From Hyaloraphidium curvatum SAG 235-1 (Eukaryota; Fungi; Monoblepharomycota): a stretch of 64,000 nt of DNA. Below, one piece after another: positions 57,091-64,000 of the stretch (position 1 is the stretch's first letter; each line of letters opens with the position of its first letter). The stretch is from the NCBI GenBank assembly GCA_025558095.1, contig JAIVFI010000029.1:434001-498000 (forward strand), given 5' to 3'. Position numbers and translations under genes: made by a program. The notes below the pieces were generated by a model that was given only the letters and a program-made list of their open reading frames with translations, did no database searches and had not been told where the DNA came from.

Positions 57091-58582
57091 ATGATCTCAA
57101 GCAAGAAGCGGCTGAAGCGCAGCTCGGGCGACCGCACCAGCCCCGCCGTCGGCGCCGGCGCCCCCGCGCCGGGCGGCTTCGTGCCCGCGCTCGACCTCTC
57201 CGCCCTCGGCGCGTCGCTGCCGGGCCACACCACCCCCGCCGTCCGCCGCCCGCTCGCCGCCTCGATCATCGCCGGTCTCTCTCCGGACAGCCGTTTCGAC
57301 GTCCGCCGCTGGCGCGTGCTGTTCGCCCTCACGCGGGACGACCCCGCCGGCCTCGCCAAGGAGCTGGAAGAGGACCGTGTAGGGTGCGCCCTTTGGTTCA
57401 CAACGGAGCTTTACGGAGACAAGGACTATCACTCCGGGCGGTACTACCTGGCTCCCGTCACCGTTGCGGCTGGGCTGGACGCCGTCCGCTGCTTGCGGTG
57501 GTGCGTCGAGAAGGACATCGGCATGACGTGGGGGTCGTCGGCGCGGACGCGGGTGGATTCAGGGCTGCTGCTCGAAATCGTAATCACGTACCAAGCTCCG
57601 AATGCTTTGGCGTGGATCCTGGCCAACCGGGAGTGGAAGGAGCCGATCGCGGCGCGCCTGGCGGACGCGGCGAACCGCAGGCAGCTGCTGCTGCTCGCAA
57701 TGCGGGGCGAGGAGAGGATGCGCATGCACTGGAAGACGCTGCCTGCTGACGCCGTCGCGTGGATCGACAGGACATACGGGTTGCCTTGGGTGAGTGTGGC
57801 AAAGGTCGCCGATCGGGTTCGCGCCGACCCCTCTTCCCACGGGACAGAACGAGATCCTCAGCGCCGATCCGAGCTACCCGACGGACGACGACCTCTTCAT
57901 GTCCACCGGCGGCGGCATGGCCTTGATCTCCCGCCCCTTCTCCTTCCATCTCGAGCACTCCCTCCGCAACCTCCGCCTCCTTGGCCACGGCCCCACCGAA
58001 GACACCCTCAGGCGCTACCTCGAGCCCCTGATCGCGCACATGGGTCATCCCAAGGGCGCCCCCATGGCCGTGCACCTCCTCTCCACGTTCCCGAAACCCG
58101 ATCTCCCGCGCCTCGTCGCACCGCTCCTCGCCAAGATCCTCCGCCACGCGCTGCATCCCCCCATCATTCGGCTGCTTGCCAGCGCAGGATGCTTCCCCTC
58201 GGATCCTGTTCCCTGCTTCCTCCGCGGCACGCTCTCCCGCCTCCGCTCCCCGCCCCACCCCTCCGAGCTCCGCTGCCTCGACCTTCTCCTCCGCTGCGCC
58301 AAGCGCATCCCCTCCTCCTCCTCCGCCGACGCCGCCCTGGGCCCTCTCGCCCGCGCGATCTCCTCCCTCCCCCCTTCGCACCCCTCCCTGGGGCACGCCC
58401 GCGCCGTGGCCAGGCTGATCATCTACCACCGCCCGCTCTGCACCCCCGCGTTCTCGTACGAGGGGATGTGGAACGACGCGGCGCTGGTCGGGGAGTGGAA
58501 GGGGAGGTGGGCGAGGGGGATGGGGGGGAGGGGGTGGCCGGAGGAGGTGGGGGAGGAGATCATGCTGCTGAGCTGGTCGTGA
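57091..58582 (+). CDS. Hypothetical protein (spliced; helical, possibly ankyrin-like)
   Basis: Exon 1 to a GTGAGT at ~57790, acceptor GACAG ~57847, continuing NEILSADP...; no firm domain. Confidence 0.55.
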
Positions 58583-58629
58583 GCCCCACCACCCCGCCCG
58601 CCGGGTCCAATACAACACCCACCTGCCCG

Positions 58630-60054
58630 CTAGCCCAAGCATATCGCCCCCATGCTCACGCCCACCCCCAACCCCCTCAGTATCCCCCACAGCCCCACCG
58701 CGACCGTCGCCACGGCCACCAGCAGCCCCCTTGCCGCGCCGTAGCTCACCACGAACCCGAACATCCGCGCCCTGTACCGATCCGCTTCCAAATACGCCCC
58801 CAAGACGCGGTCGTGCTCTTCGATCGCGCGGACGGCGGAACGGGGGGCGCAAGGGTGCAGCACGACCGCCTCGCGGATCTCGCGGCGGGCGTCGTGGTAC
58901 GCTTCCAGCACCCCCGCGATGCCGTCGTTGCTCGCCGCCAGGTTGAGCAGGTCCGTCAGCGCGAGCAAAGCAAGGTAGAGTAGGCTCGAGAGGTGCGAGA
59001 GGGGGATGCATCCCGCGATCGCGGCGGCGAGGAGCAGGCCCAGAGTGGCGTTGACGGTGGTGATCAGCACGGCGCGGGAGAAGTTGTAGTGGTCGATGCG
59101 GGTGGACCAGACGCCGGTAAGGGCCGCGTGCAGGTCGATGTATGCTTCGCGGACCGATGCAGGCTTTCCCGCGTCGGGATCTGGATGGGTGAATGAGGGC
59201 GAGGAGAGGGCGCGGCGATGCCGGACGAGCATGTCTGCGAGCGCGAGGGTGACGGCGCGGCGCTCCAGCCGCTGCGAGAGCTGAAACAGGGCGATGTTGC
59301 CGTTGAAGCGCCCGAAGGTCGGTATGAAGAGGTAGGGGATCAGCAGGAGGGCTGCGGGACGGTTGAGCACTCGGGAGGGATCGAGAGGGAGCAACCCACC
59401 GAGCGCCGCAAACAGGATGGGTCCATAGATGGAGGTCCAGAAGGAAGATGCGAATGTGATGACGGGCGTCCAGACTATGTTTAGGAGGTAGAACAGCAGA
59501 ATGGCGGCCTTGAAGACGATCTCCAAGACGCGAAGCGCGGCGGCCCGGCCAGGCAGGCCGCCGGCGCAAGACGGCCGCGGGCAAGGGCACCGCGGGTCAT
59601 CTGCCACGTGCTCCAGCAGCGTGCAGAGGCCGAGGCTGCTGCCCTGCAGCGAGCGCACCAGTCCGGCTATTGCTAGGTGCGACAGCTCGGGGGTGCCCGC
59701 GGGCCGGCGCGCAGCGGCGAATAGCTGGGCGCGGTAGGACGCTAGATACACCTGCCCGAGCGAGGCCCATGCCAAAATGGCAAGCTCCAGTGCTAGGCAC
59801 GCTGCCAGGCTACGTGTTGAGATGAGGCCGTCGTTGAGCGCGATTGTGGTCAATAAAATCGCCGACCAGACGAAGAAGAGGGCGCCGTTGACGGCCGGGT
59901 AGAAGCGCGCCAGCCGTGACGCGCGGAGCTGAAGCGCCGTCAGTCCGCGCAGAGCCGGGAAGGAACGGAGGGCGTCGTCGACGTCGGCCGGCGAAAGCGG
60001 GGAAGCGGCCCGCAGCTCCGCGGCCGCGTCCACCGGCGCCGGCGCGCCCGACAT
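58630..60054 (-). CDS. Multi-pass membrane protein with GRL/DUF3537-like C-terminal motif
   Basis: About 6-7 hydrophobic segments, HVADDPRCPCPRPSC loop, terminal ARMFGFVVSYGAARGLLVAVATVAVGLWGIL; start could be upstream near 60146. Confidence 0.7.
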   Translation of the reverse strand: MSGAPAPVDAAAELRAASPLSPADVDDALRSFPALRGLTALQLRASRLARFYPAVNGALFFVWSAILLTTIALNDGLISTRSLAACLALELAILAWASLGQVYLASYRAQLFAAARRPAGTPELSHLAIAGLVRSLQGSSLGLCTLLEHVADDPRCPCPRPSCAGGLPGRAAALRVLEIVFKAAILLFYLLNIVWTPVITFASSFWTSIYGPILFAALGGLLPLDPSRVLNRPAALLLIPYLFIPTFGRFNGNIALFQLSQRLERRAVTLALADMLVRHRRALSSPSFTHPDPDAGKPASVREAYIDLHAALTGVWSTRIDHYNFSRAVLITTVNATLGLLLAAAIAGCIPLSHLSSLLYLALLALTDLLNLAASNDGIAGVLEAYHDARREIREAVVLHPCAPRSAVRAIEEHDRVLGAYLEADRYRARMFGFVVSYGAARGLLVAVATVAVGLWGILRGLGVGVSMGAICLG

Positions 60055-60212
60055 GCTCGGCGGCAGCGTCGGAAACGACGGAAACAGCAGCAAATAATCC
60101 GCAGCCGTGAACTGGATCCGCGTTTCCGGCGACCCGTCGTCCGACATCTTTGTTTGGGAGACGAAAGTTGCGGCGCGGCGTCGATCACTCCAAGATCGAG
60201 TGGCATCCCGCG

Positions 60213-61214
60213 ATGGCACCAAGAGAGGCGTTGTCCATCGGCGGAGCATTCCTCCTCGGCGCCGCGATCGCGTGGACCGCGTGCTCCGGCGGGCCCGGGC
60301 CTCCACGGGCAGGCACCGGGCTGACGTTCGTGCGCTACGTGCCTTCGGCCTGGGAGCGCGAATGGACCTCTCGCGTGCGCAACGCGTCGTTTTCCCCCGA
60401 CGTGTGCCTTGTCATGAAGCTGCCTGCCGAGCAGGAACGGTCGGACGCGTACCTCGCGCGCGCGGCCGCGTTCGCGTCGGGGAGCGAGCCCCTTCGGGCC
60501 CCGGACGACGGCGAGGACCCCGTGCTGTCCAAGATGGTGTACCGCCGCGGCAACGCCCACATCGCGCACTACCTCGAACCTCTCGTCGGCGGCCTCCGCC
60601 ACCCCCACATGTGCCGCCCCGGCGCCCCCGACGTGGTCCTCAACCGCTCCTTCCTGATCCCCGAGCGCGCCGACCCCGCCCTTGCCGCCCCTCCCCGGAC
60701 GCTGCTGTTCGACCTCGGCGCGGCCTCGTGGTCCGAAGGCCCCGGCGGCGCCTCGCCGGCGTGGTTCGACGCCGAGTACGCCCGCGGGGGGCTGCCATTT
60801 TCCCGCATGTTCATGTGGGAGGCGGCGCCGGTGGACCAGGGTGCGCTGTTCCGCGGCATCCCGGAACGGATGCGGGCGCACGTGCGGTACTTCAACGTGC
60901 CCGTGGAGCAGGAACCCGGGGGGCTGTTTAACGCGTTTAATGTGCTCCTCGCCGAGGCCGCGGAGGACGACCACGTGGTGGTCAAGCTGGACATCGACAG
61001 CCCCTACGTCGAGAACGAGGTCGTGCAGCAGCTCATGAGGAACCCGCGGATCCTAGGCTTGGTCGACGAGTTCTATTTTGAGCACCACGCTTACTGGTTG
61101 CCCATGGCGAGGATGTGGGCGTGCAATCCTCAGCGTTGCCAGTCCCTGCGGACCTCGTACGGGATCTTTGATTCGCTGCGGCGGATGGGGGTCAGGGCCC
61201 ACAGCTGGACGTGA
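60213..61214 (+). CDS. Type II membrane FkbM-like SAM-dependent methyltransferase
   Basis: N-terminal anchor, LFDLGA, VVVKLDID..VE, LVDEFYFEHH. Confidence 0.7.
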   Translation: MAPREALSIGGAFLLGAAIAWTACSGGPGPPRAGTGLTFVRYVPSAWEREWTSRVRNASFSPDVCLVMKLPAEQERSDAYLARAAAFASGSEPLRAPDDGEDPVLSKMVYRRGNAHIAHYLEPLVGGLRHPHMCRPGAPDVVLNRSFLIPERADPALAAPPRTLLFDLGAASWSEGPGGASPAWFDAEYARGGLPFSRMFMWEAAPVDQGALFRGIPERMRAHVRYFNVPVEQEPGGLFNAFNVLLAEAAEDDHVVVKLDIDSPYVENEVVQQLMRNPRILGLVDEFYFEHHAYWLPMARMWACNPQRCQSLRTSYGIFDSLRRMGVRAHSWT

Positions 61215-61575
61215 GGCTTCGTGGATGGAGGTGCTGATGGGCCGGCCGGCGGGATGGGGATTTCCGAAGAAGCTGGACGCGATCATGGTTCTGCTGCGCG
61301 GGTCAAGGACGGATGTAATCGTTGCACTTGGGGTGCGGAACTTCGGGAATGGGCATTAGTCATTGGTCGTTGTTTGCGCACAGCGGCCGAACTGGCCTGC
61401 GAGGAAGCACCGCCGACGGAGTTCAAATCCGACTGGCAAAGCATGTTGCATCCATGTGAGCACGGCCAGCTCGGGAGACGGATCCGGGTCGGGGTCGCGG
61501 CCCTGAATCAGCGTCTCCCAGCTTCACATGCCAGCGCCACCCACTCCAACTCTTCCCGACTCACCACACTCCACG

Positions 61576-63578
61576 ATGGCTCCCGCCGGCGATTCGGCCG
61601 CATCGCGGCTCCTCGACATCGTGTACGTCTCACCACGTGCCAGTTGGCCCCCGCCGCGCCCCTGACGCCCCGGCAGCACGCTTCCCTTCCGCGCCGCCGC
61701 CTCGGCGCTCGTCTTCGTCGCCTACGCGGTGGAGCACGCGCTGCACCGCCCGTCGCCCAAGATGAACGCCGCGTCGCGCCGCACGCGGAGGCTGTCGGTC
61801 ATGTCGGAGAACTGGGCCCGCGGCCTATGGCCCGCGTCGCAGCGCGTGCCGAACCCAATCATCCAGAGCGTCCTGTGGTTCAAGCCCGAGGACACGCCGA
61901 CGCCCGAGGAGGTTGCCGCGGCATTCTACCACGGGACCGTCGTGCACCACTCGCGGATGCGGAGCCTGCTCGTCGAGCACACGCAGGATTTGCCCGAGGG
62001 CGTCATGTGGAAGCTGCTCAAGGCCGTCGGGCTGGCAGGTGACAAGAAGATCCAGGTTGGCGAAGCGAGGCCGCTAGGACATCTCGAAACACGACTGATC
62101 CTCCCTCCAGCGAATGGCATTCGAGGAGCAGCCGCAGTACCTCCTCCCCGAGGACGTCCCCGAAGCCCTCCGCGACGACCAGGACGTCGGCACCGTCCCC
62201 CCCCCCCCCCGCCAAGCTCTCCGGCCCCCGCGGCCCGGCGTACCTCCTCGCGCACCACATCAAGGCGGTCGACGTGTCCTCCGAGGCCGAGATCTGGGAC
62301 CGCGTGGGCGGGGTGATGTCCTCGGACCCGTTCGACCCCGAGCTCGCGCTGTGGAGCATCAGGATATACCGCGGCGAGGGCGGGCACAGGAACGCGGTGG
62401 TGTTTGGGATCAGCCACATCGTGGGGGACGGCATCTCGCTGATGAAGCTGGCCACGTCGTTCTTTGCCGAGGCGGGCACGGGGAAGCAGCTCAAGTTCAC
62501 GCCCCCGCCGAGGTGGAACCCGACCTTCAAGTCGTGGGCCGAAAGAATTGGGTTCTTCCTCGCCGACGCGTGGTACATGGTCAGGGCCTTCACGCGCGTC
62601 GCGGGGTTCCTCTTTGGGGCGGACACCAAGACCGAGATCAAGTGCGGAGTGGGTCGCTCCCTGCCCCCCCTGGGATGAAATCTCACGCTCTTCCGGTGCC
62701 AGTACTACCCGGACTACAAATACGTCCCCACGCGGCGCTGCGTGCAGTTCCGTCCCATCCCCTTCGACGTCCTCAACAAGGTGCGCGAGCTCGCCCAGGG
62801 CAAGCTCGGCTCGACGCGCAAGCCCACGATCCACGACGTGCTGCACTCGCTGTTTGCCGGGGCCATCGCGGCGTACCTGGAGGAGAGGAAAGACGAGGGG
62901 TTCAGGAAGGCCGGGAAGGGAGCGCTGGTGCGGATTTGGACGCCTTTCATGGTGGGTTCCTGCGCGCCGTGGCCACCCCCAGCGCCGGCTGATCGGTACC
63001 CGCAGTTCCCCCACCCCGACTTTTCCCAAGACCCTTCGGACGACCTCCACAACATGTGGTCCATGTCCTCCACCGCGCTTCCCGTCACGGAGCCCGACCC
63101 GCTGCGCCGCCTCGCGAACTCGCAGCGGGTCAACTCGAACCTGCTCCGCTCGGGGCACGACGCTCGTGCCGTGATGATGACGCAGCGGTGGTTCTCGACG
63201 CTGTTCGGGTGGGAGATCCAGGGGATCATCAACCTGAGGTTCGCGCGGTCGCTGCTTCCCGCACCGACATCGTCTCACCTCCGCGTTTCCCGCAGGGCCA
63301 CCACCGCCCACACCCTCACCTGGTCCAACGTCCCCGGCTTCTCCCGCACCCCCATTGCCGTGTATGCCCCCAATGGCGGCCCCCTTCGCACCGTCGACGA
63401 CGCCGTCTTTGTCCTGTCGGCGCCCACCCCCTACGTGACGAGCCATTCCTACGCGGGCAGGCTGAACACGGTGATGATCGCGGATCCGGGGCTGGTCAAG
63501 GACATGGAGAGGTTCGGGGAGCTGTTCTACGAGGGGTTCAGGGAGCTCGCCGGGTGCGTCGGCGTGGAGGTGGAGTGA
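61576..63578 (+). CDS. Wax ester synthase/diacylglycerol acyltransferase (WS/DGAT)-like (spliced)
   Basis: SHIVGDG (HxxxDG), TIHDVL, SNVPG, SYAGRL; several introns; frame break at a poly-C run near 62197-62210. Confidence 0.8.
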
Positions 63579-64000
63579 GCGGGCAGGCGCAACGAGAAAG
63601 GAGGGGTGCTGGGCCACGGGAAGGAAGCTGTCGTGCGCTTCGCAACAAGGAACAAGGGCATGTAGGACTATCAAACAATCGTGGAAGTTCGCCTCTACTC
63701 TAATGATGCTTTTCGATCCGACAACTTATCGATACATCATCTCTTTCCGACAAAGCCAAGATCTGCTGCGGGCCGGCGATCACCACCCGGGCTCGGTGCA
63801 CGCATCCCCCTTCCAACCGACGATGCAGACGCAGGTGCCGCCGACGCACCGGCCGGTGGCCCAGTGCACGCCCTCGCCGCACCCGGCGGGGCATCCCGTG
63901 CCCGAGTCGGACTCGAAGGTGGGGGCGGGGGCGGAGGTGGGGCGGCGGTAGCGCGTGCGGGTGTTGGCGGGAGCCGGGGCGGGGGCGTCGGGTTGCGGGG

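Noticed and set aside
62197-62210. Programmed frameshift or pseudogenisation in the WS/DGAT gene
   Set aside because: The break lies in a long poly-C homopolymer, most likely a sequencing error.

Overview
This is GC-rich eukaryotic DNA with many short (about 50-75 nt) GT-AG introns. Two Zn2Cys6 transcription factor genes point to a fungus; an early-diverging (chytrid/monoblepharid-type) lineage is my inference only. Gene calls and family resemblances come from manual reading of motifs, with no database searches. 1-33.3 kb is gene-dense: enzymes, secreted proteins, bacterial-type genes, a large lectin-bearing toxin-like protein resembling fern PtIP-83-type insecticidal proteins, and two transcription factors. 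33.5-56.5 kb is an accessory block with three parts. (i) Two paralogous, apparently non-coding loci, each a conserved ~400-bp block plus 10-13 tandem units of 61-73 nt that read on the minus strand as hairpin introns, AG|GTGGG...CCCACAG (mirtron- or introner-like). (ii) A Ty3/Gypsy chromovirus whose pol is split right after the RT FIDD motif, with the halves on opposite strands. (iii) Seven complete plus one truncated copy of a 3-exon gene for a ~73-aa secreted prepropeptide with a near-invariant 4-Cys core, surrounding a large type II membrane GT61 glycosyltransferase/alpha-beta hydrolase fusion gene, a candidate secretory-pathway glycopeptide (RiPP-like) system. 57-64 kb holds a multi-TM receptor-like gene (paralog at the left window edge), an FkbM-like methyltransferase and a WS/DGAT.
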